A DNA stretch of 61,919 bases, the filler included, from Choristocarpus tenellus KU-1152 (taxonomy: Eukaryota > Protista > Phaeophyceae), in NCBI GenBank assembly GCA_964200185.2. It is 11 parts of 11 records of this genome, joined end to end, with 100 filler letters (N's around TTAATTAATTAA, not from the genome) between each part and the next. Parts side by side here need not be neighbours in the genome. Positions count along the whole stretch, not along the records: positions 1 to 3,479 come from CAXNAD020019757.1; positions 3,580 to 6,772 come from CAXNAD020021643.1; positions 6,873 to 18,950 come from CAXNAD020001989.1; 8 more parts are not named here. The stretch is one strand, 5' to 3'. Below are positions 1 through 10,900 of the stretch, in pieces. Position 1 is the stretch's first letter. Each line of letters starts with the position of its first letter. The notes beneath the pieces were generated by a model, which searched no databases, was not told the origin of the DNA, and saw only the letters and a program-made list of their open reading frames with translations. The translations under genes were made by a program, and so were the position numbers.

Positions 1-1183
1 CCAATGATGGAGTTTTTTTGAGATCCTTGGTCATTTACCACCCTGGGATGTGGGGAGGAGGAGAGGGGCCAAGCAATGGCCATAACATGGAGGCTCCTGA
101 GTGGGGTCTCTTTCGAGGGTCTGATGGCAATGGGGTCCTTGGGATTGGTCAGCCTGTAGAGCTATCCCGGTCAGTGCAATGGAATGGTCATAGCATTTTC
201 AGTCAGAGGGTGTAGATCAGCATGTGTCTGGGTATGTGACATCTGGTCTAAGGGAGAGGGAGAGGGTCATCCATAAGTAATGTTATGATATGATATGTCA
301 TCCATAAGTAATGTTATGATATGAGTGCTCTTTTTCCAATGAATACATCCACACTTACCAATATAGAAATGCACATGAGACAACAATCCCAACCAAAGAG
401 GCTACCAACTGTATCATCACCAAGTGCTCGCCACAGTCTCACCACTGTCTCCTGATGTCTGCCTTGGAATGTGTTGAGTTCCAGCTCCTACTCTTGCCAC
501 ATGAAATAATTAGTTCTGTGAATTGACCATTCTATTCACTGTATGGCAACATCTACGTTTTCAGGGTGCCAAGTACCTTTGGCTTCATCTATACTACTAT
601 GCACATGTCTTTCCCACAAATGTTTGACACTGAGCCACAAGAATGACCCCTTGCATTAAATTATACACATTTAACTTGCTGCTAGCCTCGTTAAAGTTAT
701 ATCTTGTTTCAAGAAAGATTGCTGAAGTAATGCACTCCTTTGATCCCACCCCCCTTGTATCCCAAACCTATTTTGTGCACTATTTTAGTACTGGAAGCTA
801 AGGACAACTGCTGCCTAGCCCATGAACAAAGCTATCCAGACTCTGTGTTTTCTGTTGTTATATTTCTATGAATCCTCTCAATTTCTCATAATTTTGGCAT
901 CTCCCAAAGCTGCCATAACATCTTGCCTTACCTACCATTATTTCTCAGATGGACATTTGTAGCAGCTGCATATGACCAGGTTTCAGGCAATGCCACCCTA
1001 TACGTTGATGGAAAAGCGGTCCAAGCGCAGACGTCTATTGGCCCCTCAGATCGAGCATCTCTGCGGGTGGGGGGTAGCAGCAACAGGGGGGACTCTGGAT
1101 TGGTGGGGGTAGTGGATGAAGTTTTCATATATGGAGCAGCTTTGACAGTCTCTGAACTTGATTTCCTGTACTATGGAACCCAG
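1..1183 (+). CDS. Partial spliced gene with a LamG-like/ConA-like jellyroll (Laminin_G_3) domain; exons <1-169 and 949-1183
   Basis: Donor CG|GTCAGT at 169/170 and acceptor TTCTCAG| at 948/949 are phase-compatible. They give GQPVELSR-WTFVAAAYDQVSGNATLYVDG...LRVGG...LVGVVDEVFIYGAALTVSELDFLY, the LamG3 pattern W-x-(H/F)VA-x-x-YD...LYVDG...G-x-IDEV-x-IY-x-x-AL. The 3' end is either donor CAG|GTGAAC at 1183 or the stop at 1207. Confidence 0.8.
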
Positions 1184-1962
1184 GTGAACATGATTGGGCC
1201 TGGTTGAAATTTTCGGGGAAGACATTGAGGGGTGAGCAGGCAGAGAGCTTGAGCAGCGGGAGATATGAAAAATATTCAGTCCAACATCACAGCATGTATG
1301 AGGCCTCTCCAATCTGAAACTTGTTGAGTAGAGTGTTCATGAAGGGGATGTGAAAAATAATTCCAAGATTCTTGTCATAGACTCAATGTGAATGGCTTGG
1401 ATACCATTTTGTTTATCCTAGTGCCTACCCTCATAGAATGGCAGCCCCAAATATATTCCTAAGATAGTGAGATTTGAAACAAATGATCTATTCAGCTAGA
1501 ACTGAACTCGGGCATAGTCATGTAACACTAAAATATATGATTATCCATAGCAAGGACATTTGGGTCGTGTAGTATGCTCATGTTCAAATCAGTAGTCCAT
1601 AGGGACAACCATATTGGCATTTAAATTTTTTGAAGCTGTGATCCTCATTCTAAGATTGTCCGTATGTAATCGGTGCACTGTGCTGCATCATGCCCTCTTT
1701 TTCAGTATATACACTGTTTGCAATATTTTTGCTTATTGGATCATCATAATGCACAACAAAGAAGTAGCGTCTAATTTGTGGTCTGATTACAAAACAATGC
1801 ATGATATGTATCTGAAACAGAATATTCAGCATGTGGATTGGTGCTGCAATATAGCTCTGGTGTGTGTGGACACAGCATGAATGATATACTGTACTATGAT
1901 GGAAAATCTATACATCTTGAGACTGTCTATAGTGTCAGGAAGTCCTATGAAAGCGGATGCCA

Positions 1963-2228
1963 GAGTAAAAGTATCGTAGGGGGTAGGACCGCATCCATTT
2001 TGGGAGTCAAAATCCAATGTTGCCATTTTGATGTAATGTTGGCTATCATGTTTGTTAGGAAGAGTCAATATTGTTGTTCCGGACACACCTTTTTGAAAGG
2101 TACACATTTTACCTACTCGTAAGCATTTTGGAGTGGGAAATGTCATAAAAACACCCGTTGGAAGCCAAAAGGGTATACCCCAAATGGACAAACAGGGCAA
2201 AACTCGTCCCTCTAAGATACTTTCACTC
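1963..2228. mobile_element. MITE family 1, copy A
   Basis: Imperfect TIRs GAGTAAAAGTATCGTAGGGGGTA ... CCCTCTAAGATACTTTCACTC; flanks GCCA/GTCA; internally similar to 2591-2835 and 58032-58270. Confidence 0.8.
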
Positions 2229-2590
2229 GTCAGTGAATGACAGTCACCCCAATGACCATTAGAAAAACAAATGTAGTGAATGAAAATCTACCCCAATGAT
2301 GGTTAGCAAATCTACTTGAATAGTGTGTTAAGGACCCCCATCATTTGAGTGGCTCGTTCATCCTGTCCCAATTCTTCAGTCCAGATGTCTGTCTGTCTGG
2401 GGACAGGACACAAACACCCTGTTGAAGAACAGTGTAGTGGCATGATACCTGGAGGTGAGAGGATGCAAGACTCGGATGCTTCAGGGGATGGTGGCGGCCA
2501 TCCTGGACTTTGGAATTTCCTGAATCACTGTGTTCTGTATTCTGAAGGGTTAAGAAGTCAGATTGCACGATGTGAATACATGAACCTTAT

Positions 2591-2835
2591 GAGAGAAATT
2601 ATCTTAGAGGGTAGAGCAGCGTCCATTTGGGGGTTAAATCCAATAGTGCAATTTTGATGCAATTTTGGCTATCATGTTTGTTAGGAGATGTCAATATCCT
2701 CGTTCCGGGCACACATTTTACATACTCCGAAACAAATTGGCGTGGGTAAAATGTCATTAAAAACCCGTAGGAAGCCCAGACCCAAATGGACAGACAAACA
2801 GGGAAAAACTCGTACCCTCTAAGATACTTTCACTC
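2591..2835. mobile_element. MITE family 1, copy B, with 4-bp TSD TTAT (Sola-like ends)
   Basis: TIRs GAGAGAAATTATCTTAGAGGGTA ... TACCCTCTAAGATACTTTCACTC; TTAT directly on both sides (2587-2590 and 2836-2839); subterminal GTCCATTTGG/CCCAAATGGAC. Confidence 0.85.
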
Positions 2836-2939
2836 TTATACAAAATTGCGAAGGACAATATGGTCGCCATACAAGTATCATACAAGTATCAATCATACAA
2901 GTATCCTCGACATTTTGGGTGTCCCATTGGTACACCACT

Positions 2940-3479
2940 CATCCTTCTGCGAATAGGCGGCCATAGTGGGGGTCTCCCTTGCCTTATTGTGGGATGTACC
3001 CAGGCATGAGAAGGTGAAGAAGGTCAAGCGGTAGATTTCATCATCAGTCAGACACATGGAAGGGGGGGAAGCGGGGTTAGTGGTCGATCTGTATGACTAG
3101 GTGCATTTGGACTAGAAGTGGTTTTACATCCTCAAAGATGGGTATGGTGCGTACCTGCACCCCACTGAGGACACCCCCAAACCCTCATAGGCACAGAATA
3201 AGCATCAAATTACGAAGTTGGTGTTATTTGCAGCTGTGGCCCATCCTAGGAAGCTCTCCAGGGGTGTGGTTCAATGAGAAAATCGGTATTCGTAATTTAG
3301 CACCGCTCCAAGAGCGTCAAGGTGCTTGTGCCAGCCATGGTGGACGGGAGAGGTACAAAAAGCTCAAGATTGAGGATGCCATCCCAGCAATCAAGGGCTG
3401 CATCCCTAGGCCGGAAGGGCACACTGTCTTCGTGCAGCAGGACAGGGCAAAGCCACACTCCAAGGGGGGGATCATGGAG
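2940..3479 (+). pseudogene. Degenerate plant-type (DD39D) mariner transposase fragment
   Basis: Translates, with stops and frameshifts, to LYD*VHLD*KWFYILKDG...AQNKHQITKLVLFAAVAHPR...WFNEKIG...VFVQQDRAKPH, matching the DD39D motifs HxDEKWF, ITKVMFLAAVARPR, FDGKIG and QQDNAxPH. Confidence 0.85.
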
Positions 3480-3579
3480 NNNNNNNNNNNNNNNNNNNNN
3501 NNNNNNNNNNNNNNNNNNNNNNNTTAATTAATTAANNNNNNNNNNNNNNNNNNNNNNNNNNNNNNNNNNNNNNNNNNNN
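3480..3579. other. Artificial contig linker N44-TTAATTAATTAA-N44. Other copies: 6773-6872, 18951-19050, 23151-23250, 25842-25941, 30259-30358, 33491-33590, 43287-43386, 52420-52519, 57932-58031
   Basis: The identical 100-nt spacer occurs ten times; TTAATTAATTAA places stops in all six frames. Confidence 0.98.
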
Positions 3580-4381
3580 CTGTCTTGCCCGGTGATTCTC
3601 TTCGCCACCCTTGCCTGAGTGAACCACGCCGCCACAGAATCACACGATTCACAGCATTTTCGTTTGTATTTATAACAGAATAATGTTTAGTAGGAATCTT
3701 GGGTGCGTCACCCGATCCGCACGTTAAAGGCGAAATGTCGGCACTCCATCGACGAAAGTGGCATTCAACATCTCGAAGTCTTCCCTCACAACACCACCTC
3801 ACCACCTCGGAATACATGACCTTGGATGAGTTACTGTTGCCACTTAGACTGGTGAAGAACCTGTGCATGGACTTGATGCCGCTGAACTGGGGGACACGGT
3901 GATCATGTCGTCCCTTCCGATCGATCTTGTAAGCCGGGAGGTGAACGATCTCCTGTCTCCTGGTTGTATCCTTCTGGAGCAATTTTGGGAATGGCTTGGT
4001 GTGTACTCTGCCGTCGCTGTCCACCCAGTCCTAAGGGGTACGGTTTTGTTGTGTGGCAGAAACTTAGATGTGCATACTCCTCACTATGTTAAGTACGAGG
4101 ATATCAATGTTGCGGAATGATCGAGCGTAAGAGAAAACAATATTGAATATAGTGTAGTCGGATTGATTTTTTTTAATGGTGATATTGATGTGCAGACGAT
4201 CATATAAACTCGCCAACGACATATCTTTTTTTGTGTGCTTCGAACCTTAGAGGAAGAAACACACGCAGGGTTGGATGTTGGAATGAATGTTTGATACTCC
4301 TCATGTGTGGTGGTTTGTGTAGATGTGAATATCCGTCGAGTTGTTTTCATTTGTGTTTATGCCCTGATTGCGAAGGCGGGT

Positions 4382-4694
4382 TGTAACAGTTACTTGCTAG
4401 GGATTCGAGAGATTTTGTACTTAGGGAGAGTAGGAGGACCTATCAAGAAATGTCGATACTAGTTGGAGATTATAACGTATGTGGAATAAAAGGGAGGATG
4501 TATCCAGTGTGTGGATGGGGGGGGGTACCGACCTTGGTGACGACAGTCTGTCCTGGAGGAACCTTGCGGTCCCTACGGAGGCACCCCTCTTCCTCTGGCG
4601 TTGGATCCCTCAGCGTATACTGTGTCTAGGTGGCCTTCATTGTCTCCACCAAGGACAAGGTTCCCGGCATCCGTATCCAGTGAAGAGGTGAACA
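4382..4694 (+). mobile_element. Possible LTR remnant
   Basis: Begins TGTAAC and ends GTGAACA, is preceded by purine-rich GAAGGCGGG (PPT-like) and contains AATAAA. No TSD seen. Confidence 0.3.
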
Positions 4695-4735
4695 TTTGTC
4701 AATTTGGGAGAGGTGAATGTACAGCTGACCTTATT

Positions 4736-6600
4736 CTAATCACGAGAAGGAGGTACATTGACGTCGAGACCGGAATCAACCCACCCGTGGCGATCCCTCC
4801 ATCCGAACGAGTGGCTAAGGGCAAAACGTGCCTTCTCCTCCCCTATAGGTTTCCGCTGCTCGCTTTGCAACGCGCCCACATCACCCCACTGCAAAGGACA
4901 AACACGGAAAGGCGTCACAATTGCTGGACTTGAGGATGTCAAAAGTAGTATACAAGAAGTGAGTTTGACGGAATAAATGTGCACAGTCATTCCAGAGCAT
5001 TCAACCCAAGCGCATATAAGACAAATCTCATCCCCCACTCTCAGCAGACACCACCGCGCATGATGAATGATTTGCCTTATCAACCTCCCTATCCTAGCTT
5101 CAATGGCAACACGTGGCATCTGGCATAAACTCAACCATTCAGCCTCAACCCTTCACCTATATATTTTTCCTCTTATATGCCCCTACACACACTTAGAACC
5201 CGAGCCGATACCTCCTCGTCCTACAAACGTTTAAGAGGCTAAGAATGTAAGGCTTGTCTACTATTTCCGAATTCGTTTATATTCAACCAAGCACCTCATA
5301 CCCGTGTAGGAGATCCAAAGTATCTGTGGGGGGGGGGGTCTGCACCAGGGTGTCCATTTGGCCCATAACCAGGAAAGGTGCACTTACATTATCCATCCGA
5401 CGTATGCAACCGAATCACCTAAATATCTTAAGATGAAAAAATTGACCCCAAATGGACAGCCACCACCCCCTCTCAGATACTTTGAGCCTGGAACATGGGT
5501 ATGGGAAAGGATGAGCGTTGGACACCTATCCTTGGCCTGTTGGCGTCACGCGTTCGGCGCGGCACTGTATCGGATTTTGCCACCCGGTCTTTCCCTCAAC
5601 GCATTCAGTCGCACATTCACAACGTGTTACGTAAAATCCGCCGATCACTGTATATTCCAATCTTCGTTGGCCTTTCCGTAGGATCGGGCAATTGTCCACT
5701 CCCAAATAGCTCTGACCGTGTTGTCCCACCCTCATTATCAGAATGTCGACATAATATTCCAGAGGTATAGTCAACACCATAATATACCCATCCCTCGAAT
5801 GTGGTAGGGTCTGTGCGCGGAGGTATAACATAACCATACACCCATCTTATTTCCCTCAACCCTACTGTATGCAACACTACCTGTACTGTTGGTACCCACT
5901 ACCAACGCATGGTGTTTTTAGCACAATTAAAACCCGCACATGAAATCACCATATTCCTCTCCAGAACACACACACACCCATCCATCATTATGCAACCTAT
6001 TCTTATGGAACACTCCATCGCACCAAGAAACCCTCCGCAAAACTATAAGGTTGACGTCGTTATTCCCCACATTTTGAGACCATGCTCCTTAATACAACTC
6101 GTGAAAGAAATAGGCATACTGTTGCAGCCCTGCCTAGACTCGCACGAAGTCGACACATGTAAACGAAATCATGAGGTCGCCATTATTTTCAACGATTGGG
6201 ATTTAAGATTGTATGCATCTCTGGTATTGTTGAATGATGCCAGCCACCACGTGTACCACTCTCTCCCCCTCTCCTCCCAATTCTGAAACGGTTATTACGA
6301 TTGTTGAAGACCATAAAAACAGCGTTTGTGCTGTTCTTCCCTGAGAACAATATGCACACCAATTACCCGTCCTTTACTACACCCCTTTTCTAAACGTCCA
6401 TCATTGCATTTCGCATCTCTCCTTAATTTACTCGACACCATATCCCTGGCATACACCTCGACCGACTCAACAAAAGTCTTATTAGAAAATCTTGAATCAA
6501 GGTCTACAGAGTTCACCAAGTGAATTATTTGTACACCGATCGTATGCCCCCTCACAAACGTACTTGTTAACATCGTTGCCCTAACTCCCATACCACATTT
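4736..6600 (-). mobile_element. Highly degenerate Ty1/Copia gag-pol remnant (GAG-pre-integrase, integrase, SH3-like), interrupted by a MITE
   Basis: Minus-strand pieces VDILIM..GQHG..ILRKG...CECATECVEGK (pre-integrase Zn finger-like), EARIGRLIRQIIHHARWCLL..W.EC (like NGVAERxIRTIxExARCLL) and ...DSG..V..SRD (SH3 end). Many stops. Confidence 0.5.
5312..5488. mobile_element. MITE family 2, copy A
   Basis: TIRs GATCCAAAGTATCTG ... CAGATACTTTGAGCC; internal sequence matches the reverse complement of 61653-61831 (CATCCGACGTATGCAACC, CCCAAATGGAC). Confidence 0.85.
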
Positions 6601-6872
6601 TTATGTTGATGTACATGAGAAGTCACTCTCCTCTGTAGCCAACTCTAATCACTACCCGCAGCACTTCACCCCTCACGTTATCTGTTTTTGTGGAATGGAA
6701 TAGATAAGGGTCAACGTATCTGGGGGGGGGGTGTCAGCGTCCTTTTTTCACCCTTTTTTCGATTTTCACTTTNNNNNNNNNNNNNNNNNNNNNNNNNNNN
6801 NNNNNNNNNNNNNNNNTTAATTAATTAANNNNNNNNNNNNNNNNNNNNNNNNNNNNNNNNNNNNNNNNNNNN

Positions 6873-7728
6873 TCGTAATGCAACACTTATTCTGTGCCTA
6901 TGGGGGTTTGGGGGGGTCCTCAGTGGGGTACAGGTACACACCTTACCCATCTTTGAGGATGTAAAACCACTTCTCGTCCACATGCACCTAGTCATATAGA
7001 TCACCCACTAATACTCCACTTACCCCCCTCCTGTGCTTGTGGCTGCTTATGAAACCCACCCTGTTGACTTTTTGCTGATCTAAAAGGACTGGCTTAATCC
7101 ATTGCTTGACCTTCTTCACCTCTTCATGCTTCCACAGATCCCACAACGAGGCAAGGGAGACCCCAACTTTGGCTGCCAATTTGCGGAAGGATGTGTAGTG
7201 TATTGATGGCGCATCCCAACATTGGCGATACTTATGTGGCGGCCACATCGCCCCTTGTGACATGGCATCAGGCCCATGCATTCACCCCATGCAATCTGGC
7301 TGTCATACTCCTTCAGATATGACGGAACACAGTTATTCGGGAAATTCCGAAGCCCTCTGCGATGCCTGCTGCCATCCTTTGAGCCATTTGAGTATCACAA
7401 TCTCTTGCCTCCAGGCATCGCACAACTAATTTATGTTCTTTGTCAGAGTGAGTCTGGACGCCGGACAGACTTCTGGAATAAGAATTGGGACCGATAGGCG
7501 ACGACGGGCTGAGCGAGCCGCTTGAACGACGGGGTGCCTTCGTCCTAGCATCCCAAAAAACGCCCGCTTTAACTGTTTCATGAGGTTTTTGAACCCCGTC
7601 AAATGTGACTTGGTCGACTTTGCACTGGTGATCCTCCACAGTTATGACAGCCCACCATCTCAAACTTTGCACGCCTTCCAATCTATATGAGAACTAAGTC
7701 TCGTCCAGAGTCGTTCGCATAGGAGAAT
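6873..7728 (-). pseudogene. Second DD39D mariner copy (5' part of element and transposase N-terminal half)
   Basis: Minus strand gives SFRKLAAKVGVSLASLW...VKQWIKPVLLDQQKVNRVGF...LYD*VHVDEKWFYILKDG...PKPP*AQNK; nucleotide-similar to 2940-3215. Confidence 0.85.
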
Positions 7729-7947
7729 ATGACAGCTTGCAAAATTTTGTGGTGCTTGTTATATATTGGTTTGGCTTTTTCCTTGATACATCTACAAAAT
7801 GTTGAAATGATATAATAATATTGATATTCACAACATTATCTGTGTGCAGGTTATCTGCACTGATTATTTAATCTAGTCCAATGTCAAAAGTACCAACTCT
7901 AGAACCTAACAACCTATCAACACTGAAGTGGCAAAGTGGGTCCTCCG

Positions 7948-10900
7948 ATGACGACACCGGAAGACCCCAGGGAGGAAGACAGTTCCTTTCTTTTGCAGGG
8001 ATCGGGGAACATCTCTGATGACGACGGTGGAATAGAAGCTAAAGGTGGAGAGGAAACTGGAAGTCCCACGCCCCTTGGAGCCAGTGTAAGTTCGACTTCT
8101 AGGAAGCCATCAAGCCACGGAAGGACTGACCAAGGTGGGAACAAGGCACTGGTGTTTAGAATTTTCTGTGGTCAGCCTATTTCCCACCCCTAAATGGAGA
8201 AGGTGGTGCGATCAGAGGATTGTGTTGATGTTCTATGGGTTCAAAAAGCCACCTTGTGTAAAACCCCCATCCTGGTTAGTAAAAGATGTCGAGCGCTGCT
8301 ATCCAATTTTTTGTTTTTGCACGCTGATCTTCGTGGTATGTTCAGATGTTGTGTTCAATCGGTCCTCTGCCATCTTGTTCAGTGTTGGACCCTCTCATTC
8401 CGAGACGCATTCCAACTCTCAAGGATACGGAATACAGGGTCAACCTGTACCGTTACAAGTACCTGACACATCAGCGTCGCACTGAATATGCTGCAAGTAG
8501 AGGATTAGATTGGTCTGTTATATATCCTTCGAATAGTTACCCCACACAAGTCCTTCCCATACATCTTAGGATGCCACCTGTACCCTTTCCATCATCGTTG
8601 AAACACCCTGCTCACCTGAAGCTCAAAATCTGACATCTCTTTGTTCACGTGTATGATCTCGTGAAGGGCGAGGGAACGATACAAATTTCGAGTGCAATAT
8701 CTGCCTGGATGGAGTCCAAGAGCCAGTGGTGACGCGATGTGGCCACCTCTATTGCTGGCCTTGCCTTTACAGGGTGCGACGCTTATTTTTTTGGGGGGGA
8801 GGAAAGACTGGTTTGAGCTTTTGACCTGTTATAATGTTGACCCCTCAACCTTGTTTCTCATTATGTTTTTTGGTTAGCTTGAATCTGGAGCATATTTTAT
8901 GATGCTGTAGTGGACATTATAGAGTTAGATCAAACCGAAGGGCATAGAGCTTCTGAAGCAGTATGTGTAGGAGAGAGAAGTGGAGAATGACTCTTTGCTT
9001 GGCGTAGTAGAGAGGAGAGGGGCTGTTTTAGTGCCCGAAAGTAATTTGAAATTGTATTTCTAAGTTTCTCAGGTACATGTGTCAGAGGTGTCACAACCAC
9101 TCTGGCAGCAGATGCATGTACCTACTTCCCTTTCTTGCCTACGGGGCATTAATAATAACTCTATATTGAAATGCTCAGGAAACCCTCATGTCCCCTGACC
9201 AAAACCTTAAGGATTCTTAACCAATTCATTTTCCCTACACCGTCATAGCAAAACGTGTTACAGGGCCATCCATGTCAAATTTGGTGCTTTTGATGACCCT
9301 CTTCCAATATCCGCATGACTTCTATCTGTCTGGTCAACTTGTTTTCTATATCCTCTTGGCACCTGGAAGACGTTTAATCAACGAGACAGCTAGACAGATA
9401 CATACGGATGTAAAACATATCCCGATACTTCTGTGACTTTCAGTATGGTCAAGTCAAATATTTTTGATGAATTATATTACTTTGGGAAGGTTATCCATGT
9501 CCATGAGCCCAAGCTGACAGTCTCCTTGCAGAGACCAGGATACTAATATCTGTTCCACCATGACCCAAATCCTGACTGGGCAGTGGCTGAACACAAATCA
9601 GACGGAGTGTCCTGTGTGCAAGGCTGGGGTAAGCGCCAATAACATTATTCCCCTTTATGGCAGAGGAGCTGACAACATCGACCCAAGGTGCTTGTGCTCT
9701 ATATTACATTATACTTTTGAGGAGGCACACAAGAGGGCAGGGGAAGGGATGAATAAGTCAAAGAGTTAGATAGCACTGAAACTATCCACTTAAGAGATAC
9801 TAGAGTGTATGTGACAGATTTAGGGCACCCTCTTCCCACTATGCTTTGCCTTCTACTTCTTGCCCCCCTGCATCAACCTTGCATTACACACACTACCAAG
9901 AATAGTTATTTCAATGACAAAACTTTTCCTTCACTCGGAATTTCAGGACAAACTCCACAGGCAGGGATGGTGTACCAAGCAGACCAGAGGCAGAGAGGCT
10001 TGAAGCAGAACGACCTCGCTCTCAAGGAGGAATTGCTGGTGGTGCCAGTGGATTGGGGGGTGTGTGGGGGGCAATTGGAGAAGGCAGCATGGGCTTTGGG
10101 AGGGGAGAGGGCGTGCATGGTCAGACTGATGGAACTGGAGGGCTTCGTTTTCACGCGGGCCTGGGGTTCTTCCCATCTCTGTTTGGACTTCAGTTTGTGA
10201 GTGCACCATTGAAATTTACTCTTGATTACAGTTGCAAGCAGTTTAGGACTGGCCTAGTTGTTCTCTGTGGGAAGGTACCTTATGAGGAGAGATTAGCATG
10301 TCTCCCCCATCCATTTGCTGTGTGTTGGAGCTGTTGTTGTATGAATGTGGGAATTATTGTCATAGTATGGTAAGCACTATTTGTGGAAAATTCTAGTATT
10401 CTTAGACAATGATATTTTTCATACTCTCTCCATCACAGCTTATGGAGAACTGAAGAGTAGTCGATAATTAACTTGGCCAGAAGGGTTGTTTTAGCAGCAG
10501 TTGTTGCTTGCTTAGTTGTACCATTCTAGTTCGACTTCATTTTGATCTTTTGTTTTTTGTACTGAAATAGTAATCACATTTTTCAAGCTCAGGAGGATAG
10601 AAGGTAAAGAGAGAGAGGAAGCAAGTGAGAAGTGAGGAGAGGAATGATAAGGTATACATATAGATAGAGTTAGCTCATCTTGGTTATCGGTTTTTTAACT
10701 GGGCCAAGTAGATGTGAACGGCCCAGCCTGCTCCCCAGTTTGCCAGTATATTCTGACGTGTCCAAACCAGGTCCACTGAACTATTTTGACCATTTAGTCC
10801 ACAGACTGGCCTAGTTCCACTGTTTTTGACATGTCTGAACCATGTCTACCAAAGTGTTGCAAAAGTCTGGTTCACAGGACAGAGATGTCTAATTCTGGGT

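Noticed and set aside
266-324. 31-bp tandem duplication; similar short duplications at about 2867-2904 and 23040-23120
   Set aside because: Ordinary slippage duplications in non-coding DNA.
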